Part shown: in pieces, positions 32,154-41,863 of the stretch
How the letters are laid out: each line of letters starts with the position of its first letter
Numbering within the stretch: the stretch's first letter is position 1
Assembly: GCA_965277285.1 (NCBI GenBank)
Contig: OZ255721.1
Coordinates: forward strand, 2,976,001-3,040,000
Source of the DNA: Abditibacteriaceae bacterium
GTDB taxonomy: Bacteria > Armatimonadota > Abditibacteriia > Abditibacteriales > Abditibacteriaceae
Reading direction: 5' to 3'
DNA: 64,000 bases
Made by a program: the position numbers and the translations under genes
The notes under the pieces: generated by a model
Told to the model about the DNA's origin: nothing
Seen by the model: the letters and a program-made list of their open reading frames with translations, nothing else
Database searches by the model: none

Positions 32154-33083
32154 GTGCTCAACTCATTAAAACTTGGATGGTATTTTGTGACTGCGACCGA
32201 AGCAACAACTCCTCAAGATTTTCGGGAAATCGAGTTTTCTCCCTTGCGCCAGCGCGTGGAGGCGCATCACAAGGCGCTACCCAAGGGCTTCGGTTTCTGC
32301 GGCATTGTCACTTGCGACATCGAAAAATATGAAGAGTTCGTGCAACGTTGCCGCGACGCGCGTTGCCGCCCACCCAGTTTGTACGCTTACTTTGCGCGTT
32401 GCTTGGGTGTGCTGTTGGCGTCGCAACCCGAGCTTTTAGCGGTACGCATCAAAGGAAAGCTGCTCATTCCCAGCCGCGTGGATGCGTTGGTTGCGGTGGA
32501 AATGGGCGCTTACGACGGTTCACGGGCGGTTGCGGTGCTTCACTTCGCGGACTTGGGTGGGCGCCCGCTGAACGACATCGCGGAAGAAATGAAGGTGCGG
32601 TTGCGTCATGCCAAACGAACCACGGTGCAATTGCCCGCGGAACGTCGGCGTTTCGTGCCGTTGTGGGCGCCGGACTGGTGGAGCCGCTCCGTGGCAACAA
32701 TCCGTGATCGTCGGCCTGTGGCACAACGCGAATATGCCATGAAGAACGCGTGCGTTCAAATTTCCTCGACAACGCAATGGATGAATGGAAAAGGCGGCTG
32801 GGGCGTGCAATTGTATACTCCGATGGCGCTCAGCGTTACTTTATCCGGCTCTTCGCGGCGCCCTGTAGCGACCGATAAGGGCGAAGTTGCAGTGCATTCA
32901 TGCTTGGATGTGGCGCTTAATTTCAATCACATCATTGTTGATGGAGCGCCCGCGACACGCTTTATTGCAGCGTTCATCGAAGAAGTCGAGAGCGGGCGAC
33001 TGCTCAATGAGTATCTGATTGAGCCGCGAAAACTGCGTCCTCATCAACTGCGACAGGAAAGGACAACGAGTGACGACATCTGA
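32154..33083 (+). CDS. Stand-alone 2-oxoacid dehydrogenase E2-type acyltransferase catalytic domain
   Basis: C-terminal LNFNHIIVDGAPATRF (HxxxDG) with no lipoyl domain. Start uncertain (alternative GTG at about 32187). Confidence 0.75.
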   Translation: MLNSLKLGWYFVTATEATTPQDFREIEFSPLRQRVEAHHKALPKGFGFCGIVTCDIEKYEEFVQRCRDARCRPPSLYAYFARCLGVLLASQPELLAVRIKGKLLIPSRVDALVAVEMGAYDGSRAVAVLHFADLGGRPLNDIAEEMKVRLRHAKRTTVQLPAERRRFVPLWAPDWWSRSVATIRDRRPVAQREYAMKNACVQISSTTQWMNGKGGWGVQLYTPMALSVTLSGSSRRPVATDKGEVAVHSCLDVALNFNHIIVDGAPATRFIAAFIEEVESGRLLNEYLIEPRKLRPHQLRQERTTSDDI

Positions 33084-33159
33084 AACAACGGCAGGACGAC
33101 AATGGATGAGCAATGAACCCTGATGTCCTGCAGTTCTGCTAATCCAGCCGCTAATTTCA

Positions 33160-34194
33160 ATGGTTTCAGTACTCGATCGATATGCCATCTCAAGAAAACA
33201 ACACAGTGGAACAGCACAATATCACGCCGGAATTTTTCGTGTCATACCGTTGTCACCGGTGCGCCGCATTGTGCAAAACCACTTGAGGTCTGCGGCGCGA
33301 ACGCAAGGTTTTGCGATTTTGGCGTCGTTCGATGTGGAGCGATACACCGTTTTTGTCGAATTGTGTCGCGCGCAAAGAGTACGCCCGCCCAGCCTGACGG
33401 CTTACATTGCGCGTTGTCTGGGCGTGGTTTTGGAGCAGAACCTTGAGATGTTGGCGGTTCAGCGAGGGCATCAATTGTTGGTGCCACGTCAAGTGAATGT
33501 GCTGGTTGTCGTGGAAGGCTTATCTGCGGAAGAAGAAAAGATGCCAGCCTTCTTTCTATCCAGCAATGTCGGGCAGCGGCGCTTGGACGACATCGCACTT
33601 GAAATCACGAAATCTGTCCGCGAAATGAAAAGACAGCGCATTGTGGTTCCGCATTCGCGCTTTTTCTCGCACCATTCGCCTGAATGGTGGCAACGCATAG
33701 GCCGTGTGGTAAAAGACCGGCGTGGACGGATGCAAACAGAACGTCTTGCGGCTGAAATGTGCGTCCGGCTTTCTTCGACAACGCCGTGGGTGCAGGGACA
33801 CAGAGCCTGGGGCGTACCTCTCTATGTCACGACAGCGTTGAATGTGATGATGGGGAGTTTATCGAAGCGCGCTCTGGTCGTGAACGACGAAATTGTAGCG
33901 CGCACCTGCCTGGACATCGCGCTGAACTTCGATCACGAAATCACCGATGGCGCTCCGGCCACGCGCTTCCTCGCGGCCTTCATCGAAGAAGTCGAGAGCG
34001 GACGCTTGCTCAGCGAATACCCGATTGTGCCTCGACCTTCATCCAAAACGTCATCCTCTGCCGATTCCGATAGCGGCATTCAGTCCGATAGCGGCATTCA
34101 GCACGATGTTCTGGTCGACTCGCAAGTTTCGCCCGAACTTGAAACCGAGCAGTCGTTCGCCCGGGAACACGATCCAAGCAACAGCGTTTCGTAA
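33160..34194 (+). CDS. Stand-alone E2-type acyltransferase catalytic domain (paralog)
   Basis: LNFDHEITDGAPATRF. Shares RPPSL.AY.ARCLGV and AAFIEEVESGRLL.EY with the upstream gene. Confidence 0.75.
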   Translation: MVSVLDRYAISRKQHSGTAQYHAGIFRVIPLSPVRRIVQNHLRSAARTQGFAILASFDVERYTVFVELCRAQRVRPPSLTAYIARCLGVVLEQNLEMLAVQRGHQLLVPRQVNVLVVVEGLSAEEEKMPAFFLSSNVGQRRLDDIALEITKSVREMKRQRIVVPHSRFFSHHSPEWWQRIGRVVKDRRGRMQTERLAAEMCVRLSSTTPWVQGHRAWGVPLYVTTALNVMMGSLSKRALVVNDEIVARTCLDIALNFDHEITDGAPATRFLAAFIEEVESGRLLSEYPIVPRPSSKTSSSADSDSGIQSDSGIQHDVLVDSQVSPELETEQSFAREHDPSNSVS

Positions 34195-34348
34195 ATCGAG
34201 CTTTTGATAAAACGTTGATGAAACGTTGTGGAGAAAGGTCTCAAAGCGTGTTGGAGCCGTTGCACGCCGGACGCGTCTGACGCGACACTGAAGCACAATC
34301 GAGTACTCGGATCTCCGATTTTAATCTCCGCAAAGGCTCTCCTAATTT

Positions 34349-35128
34349 ATGTATTCTCCCTACGATTTCAACCAATCTATTGCGCACCGCGCCGAATACG
34401 TCGAAGAACGCTTGAAAGGCGGCGCGCCCGTCGTCGGCTTGAGCTACGACAAAGGCATTTTGCTCTTCACCGTGAAAAGGACGCAACGCAAGGTTTTCGA
34501 GGTTTACGACAAGCTGATGTATTCGGCGATTGGCAATCAGGCCGACGTGGAAGCGGTTCGCCTGGCCGCCATTGATTTCGCGCACCAGGAAGGTTTCGCG
34601 CGCTCGCCAGACGATGTTTCGATTCAGCGCATGGTCGGTTTCGCCATTTCGCCGCCGCTCAAGCGTTCCTTCGGCGATGCTTATAACACGCCGAACGTTT
34701 TGCGCGCGCTCTTCGCCGAAATCGGCAACACTCCGCAAAAAGACAGCTTTTTCGTGCTAAATTACGACGGCGAATTCACGACGCACGCGCTTTTCGCGGT
34801 CGTTGCGGGCAGCGAAGCGGCAGAAGACGCGATGATCAAAAAGTTGGAAGAATACAGCGACGTCCCCGATCTCGCCACGGCTTTGCAACGCGTTAAAGAA
34901 GTCTGGCGCATCGGCAGCTTGGACACTTCGCGCGACGATGACGAAGACGACGAAAAAACCGAATCGAGTACTCGAAGCGAAGAAAGTTCTCGAAAGGACG
35001 AAAAAGAAGTCGATGCGCTGACCGAAGCCTTGAAGCACGGTCATCTGGAAGCCGGTGTTTTGGAGCGCGACACGCCGCGCGAAAGCAAGTTTCGCTTGCT
35101 GAAAGCGGAAGAAATTAACCACGGATAA
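34349..35128 (+). CDS. prcA: 20S proteasome alpha subunit
   Basis: RAEYVEERLKGGAPVVGL.Y..GIL, KVFEVYDK..AIG, C-terminal LEAGVLER...KFR. Confidence 0.9.
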   Translation: MYSPYDFNQSIAHRAEYVEERLKGGAPVVGLSYDKGILLFTVKRTQRKVFEVYDKLMYSAIGNQADVEAVRLAAIDFAHQEGFARSPDDVSIQRMVGFAISPPLKRSFGDAYNTPNVLRALFAEIGNTPQKDSFFVLNYDGEFTTHALFAVVAGSEAAEDAMIKKLEEYSDVPDLATALQRVKEVWRIGSLDTSRDDDEDDEKTESSTRSEESSRKDEKEVDALTEALKHGHLEAGVLERDTPRESKFRLLKAEEINHG

Positions 35129-35516
35129 ACACAGACAGATGGACACAGATGAAATCAATGTTGTAACGTTTTAGGTGCTGGTTTTTTGGAGAAGGTTTAC
35201 GAAAACGCGCTGGTAGTCGAATTGCGGCGGAGTGGATTGCAAGCATTGCCGCAACAAACCCTGCAAGTGCGCTATCTCGGGATTGTCGTTGGAGACTATT
35301 GCGCAGATATTGTCGTCAACGGCTTGGTGCTGTTGGAACTGAAAGCCAGCAAAACCATTGACGAAAATCACCTGTGCAATTGTTGAATTAATTGAAAGCG
35401 ACCGACCTAAAGGTCGGACTTATCCTGAACTTCGGAACTCCACGCTTGGGCATCAAACGCATGATCCTCTAAACTCTTCTGAAGCCATCCGTGTTCATCT
35501 GTGTTTATCCGTGGTT
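35117..35516 (+). mobile_element. GxxExxY-family pseudogene flanked by 19-bp inverted repeats (family D)
   Basis: IRs AACCACGGATAAACACAGA (35117-35135) and TCTGTGTTTATCCGTGGTT (35498-35516). Coding remnant GFLEKVYENAL...ADIVV..LELKA, then a frameshift and stop, then LKATDLKVGLILNFG. Confidence 0.8.
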
Positions 35517-35530
35517 CACCAAAGGACGTT

Positions 35531-37036
35531 ATGGAACAGCGCATTGTTGGAATCGAAACCGAGTTCGGCTGTTTTGTCGAAACCGACAGCAAAGGCCGTG
35601 GCGTTGGTAGCGCCGAACGCATCGTCGAAGCCGTTAAAGATCACGCGTTTTTGCGGCGCAAGCTGGGTTTGCTCGATATGCACGCGCGCGATTACGCTTT
35701 TGAGCCAGCGCGCAGTGGCGGTTTTCTGATCAATGGCGGACGTTTGTATGTCGATGCTGTGGGAAGCCACGAAGAATATGCGACGCCCGAATGCGTGACG
35801 TGGAGCGATGCCGTCGCTTATGATCGCGCTGGTCGCGTGCTGCTTCAAGGTTTGGTCGATGATTTGGGCTTGTCCGATGATGTCGCGTTTTATGCGAACG
35901 CCATCGACCATTTTGGCGGCCACACTTTCGGTTGTCACGAAAATTATCTGGTCGATATTTCCGCCAGCGCGTTTCGTGGCAGTCTGAGTTTGTTGATGCC
36001 GTTTCTGGTGACGCGGCAGATTTTCGCGGGCGTTGGGCGCGTTGGCGGACACAAATTGAATCGCAACGATTTTCGCAAAAACGTGATGAACATCGGCGAA
36101 CACGATGTCGATACGATGTGGGTCGCCGATTTCTACGGCGTCGAACTTGATAACACAGTCGATTTCCAACTCTCGCAGCGCGCCGATCACATCGTCAATA
36201 CCGTTTCTTCACGCGTGCGTTTCAACCGCGCCATTATCAACCCGAAGCGCGATTCTTATTACGATTATTCGGATTTGCATCGCTTGCACGTCCTTTTTGG
36301 CGAGCCGAACATGAACGAATACGCGATGTGGCTCAAAGTCGCCACGACGTGCATCGTTCTGGATTTGATGGACTTGAAAGTGTTGCCCGCCGATGTGCGT
36401 CTGGACGACATTTTGGGAACGCTCAAAAGCGTGTCGCGCGACGCAACGATGAAATGGCCAGTGCGTCGCTCCAATGGCAAAAACATGAGCGCCATTGATT
36501 TGCAGCGCATTTATCTCGAAGCGGCGCAAACTTATCTCAAGGGCAAAGACGCGCAAACCGACCAAGCTTTGGTTGAATGGGAAAGCGTCTTGAACGGTTT
36601 GGAACGCGATCCGATGCAGATGGGCGACCGTTTGGATTGGGTGGCGAAAAAGTCGATGTTGCAGGATTATATGAACAGCGAAGACGTGGGCTGGAAAAAC
36701 GACGCCTTGCACTCGCTGGACATGGAGTATCACAACATCAACCCGCGCAAAAGTTTGTATTACGCGCTGCAAGAAATGGACGCCGTGCGGCGCATTTGCA
36801 CCGATGAACAAATCGAATCGAGTACTCGAAACCCGCCGCAGAACACGCGCGCCAAAGGTCGAGCCGAAGTAATTCAGGAATTGATCGCGCGCAAATCGAC
36901 GCGTTATCTCATTGATTGGGATTGGGTGCGCATCGACAAAGATCGCCATCTCGAACTGCGCAACCCGTTTCATACTTATGAAGAAGAAGCCGCCAGCTTC
37001 GTCAAAAGCGTGCGTGGCGAAAGCTCAGCTTTGTAA
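35531..37036 (+). CDS. pafA: Pup/UBact-protein ligase PafA-like
   Basis: RIVGIETEFG, FLINGGRLYVDAVGSHEEYATPEC, GCHENYL, LSQRADH, PPQNTRA. Confidence 0.9.
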   Translation: MEQRIVGIETEFGCFVETDSKGRGVGSAERIVEAVKDHAFLRRKLGLLDMHARDYAFEPARSGGFLINGGRLYVDAVGSHEEYATPECVTWSDAVAYDRAGRVLLQGLVDDLGLSDDVAFYANAIDHFGGHTFGCHENYLVDISASAFRGSLSLLMPFLVTRQIFAGVGRVGGHKLNRNDFRKNVMNIGEHDVDTMWVADFYGVELDNTVDFQLSQRADHIVNTVSSRVRFNRAIINPKRDSYYDYSDLHRLHVLFGEPNMNEYAMWLKVATTCIVLDLMDLKVLPADVRLDDILGTLKSVSRDATMKWPVRRSNGKNMSAIDLQRIYLEAAQTYLKGKDAQTDQALVEWESVLNGLERDPMQMGDRLDWVAKKSMLQDYMNSEDVGWKNDALHSLDMEYHNINPRKSLYYALQEMDAVRRICTDEQIESSTRNPPQNTRAKGRAEVIQELIARKSTRYLIDWDWVRIDKDRHLELRNPFHTYEEEAASFVKSVRGESSAL

Positions 37037-37070
37037 AAGCGCCTTGAAAGGCGAAGCGCGAGTGAATAAT

Positions 37071-37217
37071 AGTTTGTCCTTCTGAGCGCAGCGAAAATTC
37101 TCATAAAGGTAGATTCTTCGTTTTGCTCGAAGGTTGTCGAGAAAGTTGTGGCACTTCCTAAAACTGGCAGTTTGAAGCCTTTTTTGTTTTCTATAAACGC
37201 TTCCCGAATGACAAACT
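37071..37217. repeat. Degenerate REP-like palindrome family A
   Basis: AGTTTGTCCTTCTGAGCGCAGCGAAAATTC...AGATTCTTCG...GAATGACAAACT. Confidence 0.6.
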
Positions 37218-37379
37218 ATAATTTCAGTTCGTCCAATCGGGAACTTTAAGAAAATTCTCACTGTTTAATTGCTGGCGGCGCGTGACATTGTTTGTCAAGA
37301 GATGTTAAGTTAAGGGCACGGTATCATTGCGAGCCGAAGCGAAGACTCGAAAACATTCGGGAATTTCAGGAGAGACATC

Positions 37380-37832
37380 ATGAAAAGTTACTGTAACGTT
37401 GGCAAGGGTTTGTTGTTGGCGAGCATTTTGAGCAGCGCGATTTTGCCCGCGACGGCCAAAACAGCCGCGATGACAACCAAAATGAGTTCGACAAAAATGT
37501 CGTCCACCAAAATGACATCGCACAAAATGCCGATGAAGACGACGCAAATGTCGGGCACGATTTTGGGCATGACATCGCATTCGCTGACAGTGAAGCCAGC
37601 GATGCACAGCATGGGCATGAGCAAAACCGTGATGATTCCGGCTTCGGCCAAAATCATGATGGGCGCCGTTCCGACCAAGTTGTCGAAGCTGAAAGCTGGC
37701 GAAATGGTTACCATCATGATGAAAGGTGGCATGGTTTCGGGCGTGATGGTTCACGCGGCCAACAAAACCGTCAAAGGCACCATGCGCAAAACCTCGACGA
37801 AAATGACATCCAAGATGACAGTCAAGCATTGA
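37380..37832 (+). CDS. Secreted Met/Lys/Thr-rich protein
   Basis: AGGAG RBS, signal peptide, KMSST/KMTS pentapeptide repeats flanking a beta-rich core, and a downstream hairpin. Confidence 0.8.
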   Translation: MKSYCNVGKGLLLASILSSAILPATAKTAAMTTKMSSTKMSSTKMTSHKMPMKTTQMSGTILGMTSHSLTVKPAMHSMGMSKTVMIPASAKIMMGAVPTKLSKLKAGEMVTIMMKGGMVSGVMVHAANKTVKGTMRKTSTKMTSKMTVKH

Positions 37833-37938
37833 TTGGTTGTCGAAGTAAAAAAGCGCGCTGCGAAGGTTGCAGCGTGCTTTTTCGTTTGTGCATAATTTAC
37901 TTGTGTGAATGTAATCGAGTACTCGAATTGGCAAACTT

Positions 37939-38424
37939 TTAAGGCACAAGATTGCGGTGATCCTTGCAGGCGATTCGTGGTTCGCCGTTGATTGTCACGA
38001 TAATTGGATGCTTACACAAATACTCATCTATAAATATACGGTCGTTCTCACAGCAAACCTGTGTTTTGGATAAAAAGTAAACGTGACCTTCGCGATTGCC
38101 GATGATTGTCACATGACGCTCATCATCTCTATTGGACGTTTCGTAGCTCAATCGAAAAGGCTTTTTCTCTTTGAATGCTGAGACTGCACAAGCGTCCGCC
38201 GATGCGCGTTGTTTTGCCCACAAATTGATTTCACCACAATCAATGGCGTCTGGCTTGTTGAGTTCCGTGTAAGCATCGTCCAAGCCAAGAAGTTTTGGCC
38301 TTGGTGTGGGAGCAGAAAAAGGTCTTGAAGGTATTACCGGTTCCGCTTGGGTGAAGTTGCGAACGAGTAAGCATAATGGTGTTGTCAAAGAAAGGATCAA
38401 GAGTCCCGTTAGGAATCGGTGCAT
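37939..38424 (-). CDS. Hypothetical exported Cys-containing protein
   Basis: N-terminal hydrophobic segment, lower GC. Confidence 0.55.
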   Translation of the reverse strand: MHRFLTGLLILSLTTPLCLLVRNFTQAEPVIPSRPFSAPTPRPKLLGLDDAYTELNKPDAIDCGEINLWAKQRASADACAVSAFKEKKPFRLSYETSNRDDERHVTIIGNREGHVYFLSKTQVCCENDRIFIDEYLCKHPIIVTINGEPRIACKDHRNLVP

Positions 38425-38598
38425 GAACTGACTTTGCTGTGGAGATGACGTCAAAATGAATAAGTAGTGTCAATTAAGCCTGAAGTAGGTGCACAGTTTA
38501 GTTGAACCAGCATCCGACTTATCAATTTTCTTTTTCTGGAACTTATCTTTTTCTCAACATTTGCCCGTGACGTGCGTGGTACAATCGCGTTAAATTGA

Positions 38599-39234
38599 AT
38601 GTCGGAGACCTTTCCGATGAAAAAAGAACTGGGCCAGCCTGTCATGCTTTCCGACACCGATATTATTCTGCGCGTGCAGCGCGGCGAGCGCGAATTGTTT
38701 GGCGAGTTGCATACGCGCTATCACGACCGCATTTATCGCACTATTGGACGTTCGGTTTTCGATCCCGACATCGCGCAGGACATCGCGGGCGAAGTCTGGG
38801 TGCGCGCTTACGCCGCCGTGGATCGCTTTTCACCACGAGAAACGCACAGCGTCGCGGCCTGGCTGCTGCGTATCGCCGCGAACCTCGTTACCGATCATCG
38901 GCGTCGCTTGCCGGTGGGCGAAACCTGCGACGATTACGAAGAAAAAACGCTGCGCCTGGTGACGCCGGGAGCGGAGCGCGAAGTGTTGCGGGCTGAACAA
39001 TCGCGCGCCGTGCGTCGTGCGTTGGAAACGTTGAGCGACGGCGACCGCATGATTATTGAGATGGCACATGACAGCGATCTGAGTTGCCGCGAAATCGCCG
39101 TCGCACTTAATAAACCATCGATTTCCGCTGTCACATCGCATTTGCATCGCGCGATGCGGCACCTGAAAACTGCGCTCGAACAAAGCGGCTGGTTCGCAGA
39201 ACAACTTCCAGCGGCGCGGCGCGCACGGAATTAA
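38599..39234 (+). CDS. ECF RNA polymerase sigma factor
   Basis: Region 2 (AQDIAGEVWVRAY...AWLLRIAAN) and region 4 (ALETLS..DR...LSCREIA...VTSHLHRA). Confidence 0.9.
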   Translation: MSETFPMKKELGQPVMLSDTDIILRVQRGERELFGELHTRYHDRIYRTIGRSVFDPDIAQDIAGEVWVRAYAAVDRFSPRETHSVAAWLLRIAANLVTDHRRRLPVGETCDDYEEKTLRLVTPGAEREVLRAEQSRAVRRALETLSDGDRMIIEMAHDSDLSCREIAVALNKPSISAVTSHLHRAMRHLKTALEQSGWFAEQLPAARRARN

Positions 39235-39406
39235 ATTTTGGTGGGTTTCATCTGCTGCCTATTCCGGTTCGGCATTCGAGTACTCGAACTTTGCGCCAGC
39301 ATTGATGTCACCCATTGCAGCGTATAAACGCTTTTGAGCCTTGTTGAAAATAATTTAAAGTCGCTTTTTATCGCCTTCTCGAACAAGGCGAAGTAGGTGG
39401 TGCAGC

Positions 39407-40438
39407 ATGTTTCATCGGATTCGTAATAGTAAAGGGCATTCATCGGCAAACGCGGGGCGCCAAAATGGTCAGGACGCGCGCCATGCCGATTCTCTGTGGC
39501 ATCTCATTCACACGAAGGAAAAATCCCGTTCCACGCGCTGCGTCCAGAACGTTGGACAACCAAGCGTTGTGGATGTTGTGGATCAAGAAGTTCAGGAGCT
39601 GGAAGAAATTTCGCAGCTTTTGCGTGCCGCGTGGGATGATCCTGCCGAAAAAGCGCGCTTGGAAATAGGTGCTCAAGAAGCGTTCACGCCGACGCATAAT
39701 CTCTTGATGGCGACCATCGAAAGCAATGTCACGGAGGCTCGTGAACAATTGTCGTCGCGTGCGCTTTCGCGTTTTCCTTTGTTTAAGCCGTTGTCTTTAG
39801 GCCGCAATCCGGCGTGGCGCTGGGCGTCGGTTACGGCGGTTTTGATGACGACCGCGCTGGGCAGCCATTCCATCGGTTACTACCACGCTTTGCGAGCGCT
39901 TTCCAGCCCTGCCGCGTCATCGGAAAATGCTCTGCCAAGTTCAATTATTGCCACGTCTCCCAACCTTCGTGTTTTGCCAGTGCAATCATTAGTCAACGAT
40001 TTCGATGTTTCGCTGCGCCGACAGACGCCGCTGGAATTTGTCGCTGACGAGCGCGAATCAACGCAAATGATCGGCCACAAGCTGCAAAACCAACTCGGCG
40101 TGGCGATGCACTTGCCAATTAAGCCGCGTTCAGGCGCGAAACTTTTGGGTGCGCGGCGTCATTCCGCCTGGAACCGCACCGGCGTGCAAGTGCATTATGT
40201 GAAGGATGGCGTGCGCATTGCGGTCTATCAGTTCCGCGAGCCAAGTTGTGGGATGGGCGACCTGAACGAAGTCGAGTGGAAAGGACAGTTGTTCCTCACC
40301 GGACAACGCGGCGCTTATCGCATTGTCGTGTGGCGCGAAGATGACGATGTGATGGCCATGGTTTCGCCGCTGGCCATGCGCCAACACGAATCGTTGCTGC
40401 TCGCCGAAGATATTCGTCAAACCAACGATTTCGCCTGA
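39407..40438 (+). CDS. Putative membrane anti-sigma factor
   Basis: Follows the ECF sigma gene. Single TM, then a LLGAR...Y..G..IAVY...VVWR C-terminal domain. Confidence 0.65.
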   Translation: MFHRIRNSKGHSSANAGRQNGQDARHADSLWHLIHTKEKSRSTRCVQNVGQPSVVDVVDQEVQELEEISQLLRAAWDDPAEKARLEIGAQEAFTPTHNLLMATIESNVTEAREQLSSRALSRFPLFKPLSLGRNPAWRWASVTAVLMTTALGSHSIGYYHALRALSSPAASSENALPSSIIATSPNLRVLPVQSLVNDFDVSLRRQTPLEFVADERESTQMIGHKLQNQLGVAMHLPIKPRSGAKLLGARRHSAWNRTGVQVHYVKDGVRIAVYQFREPSCGMGDLNEVEWKGQLFLTGQRGAYRIVVWREDDDVMAMVSPLAMRQHESLLLAEDIRQTNDFA

Positions 40439-40547
40439 GCTTTACGCGATCACAACTGGACTATCGAGTACTCGATATGCGAACAAGCCGCGCCATGAAA
40501 AGTGGCGCGGCTTGTTTAGATTTTGACTTAGGAAATTAGAAAAAATG

Positions 40548-41054
40548 TTACGCCAGGAATTTGATCAGGCGCAATTGATTGCCTTGCCCACAAACGAAGC
40601 GATGCTCGATATGATCGACGAAAGTGCGAATAATATAAAGCCCCAGGCCTCGGCTGCGCTGTGTTTCGATGTATTCATCGAGTGCGATACCGGGCATGGC
40701 GTCAACTGGAAAGTTGACGGTTGAATAGTCGAGAAGCGTAATTTCCATGCGGTCAGGAAAAGTTTCGACAACGACCTCGATTTGATCGCGCAAAGGCTGC
40801 GTTTGGTAACCGTGCTCGATGATGTTGGTGCAGGCTTCCCCGACGGCCATCTCAATCTTGGCGATGTTCTCCGCATCAAAACCCAGCTTTTCTGCGGAGC
40901 CGACCACCAGGGCGCGGATCTGCGGCAATGCATCAGGCGTGCTGAGAAGCCGCAAGTGCGTTACTGCTTGCGAAGATGAACCCCAGGTGAAATCGCCAGC
41001 GTTTTGCTCTGACACGGGAATTTTCTGTTTCCTATACGGCAGTTTCGTAAGCAC
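40548..41054 (-). CDS. Anti-sigma regulatory factor / Ser kinase (RsbW-like)
   Basis: MAVGEACTNIIEHGY, RGLGLYII (HATPase_c). Confidence 0.9.
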   Translation of the reverse strand: MLTKLPYRKQKIPVSEQNAGDFTWGSSSQAVTHLRLLSTPDALPQIRALVVGSAEKLGFDAENIAKIEMAVGEACTNIIEHGYQTQPLRDQIEVVVETFPDRMEITLLDYSTVNFPVDAMPGIALDEYIETQRSRGLGLYIIRTFVDHIEHRFVCGQGNQLRLIKFLA

Positions 41055-41096
41055 GAAACGTTGTTTGCCCTTTGTCGATTGAACTCAGGCTTGGAA

Positions 41097-41480
41097 TTAA
41101 GCGGCGCCGGGCAGAAATTTCTTCATCGCTTCTTCTTCAGTCGGGTAAGTGTGAATCAAACGTGAAAAACCCAGCAAATTGAAGATGTTGGTGATTTTGT
41201 CACTCATCTTGGCGATGACTAAGTCGCCGCCATGCTGGCGAACCTGGCGAAACGTTGCCATCAGCAACCCCAATCCGGTGGAATTGATATACGTCAGCTT
41301 TTCCAGATCGAGCAGCAAATGATAGTGACCGCCCTCGACGAGCTTGGTCAATTCTTCCTCGAAATCGGTGAATGTGTGCGCGTCGACATAGCCTTCGAGG
41401 CGCAAAATCTCGACGTTCGGCGCACTGCCCGACTGCGCGTCTTTTGGAGCTGTTTCGTGATCTATTTTCAGTTCCTTCAC
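41097..41480 (-). CDS. STAS anti-sigma factor antagonist (RsbV/SpoIIAA-like)
   Basis: LEGYVDA, LTYINSTGLGLL, GGAGG RBS before GTG. Confidence 0.92.
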   Translation of the reverse strand: MKELKIDHETAPKDAQSGSAPNVEILRLEGYVDAHTFTDFEEELTKLVEGGHYHLLLDLEKLTYINSTGLGLLMATFRQVRQHGGDLVIAKMSDKITNIFNLLGFSRLIHTYPTEEEAMKKFLPGAA

Positions 41481-41693
41481 TGCTTCCTCCCCAATGTCTG
41501 TAAAAAATTAAGGTGCGAAATGAGGTGCGAATATCCGATGGCCAAGCATCCGCTGGTATCGGTTTCGCAAAAACGTCTTTTACATGAATGCTTCTACAGA
41601 AATGCTTCTATATGAACGCTTCGGAACCGCAGGCCGAAACGCGATAAAGCGTGATTGAAATTGACTTCGCTGAGATGATGTTGCTTGTCGGAG

Positions 41694-41722
41694 ATTTTAT
41701 GTCGTGCGCCGCGCCTTGTCAA
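41694..41722 (-). promoter_or_regulatory. Sigma70-type promoter for the STAS/RsbW operon
   Basis: Minus strand TTGACA-N17-TAAAAT. Confidence 0.7.
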
Positions 41723-41863
41723 TCACTTTGAACGTCTTATTTACAGAACGCGAATTCTTAAATTAAACTTTTTGCAACTCCAAACGTTCAGTGCAAGTTT
41801 CAGCCCAACGTTTTACATCGATATTTAACACCAATGTTTAACCCAATGCTTTAACCCAATGCT

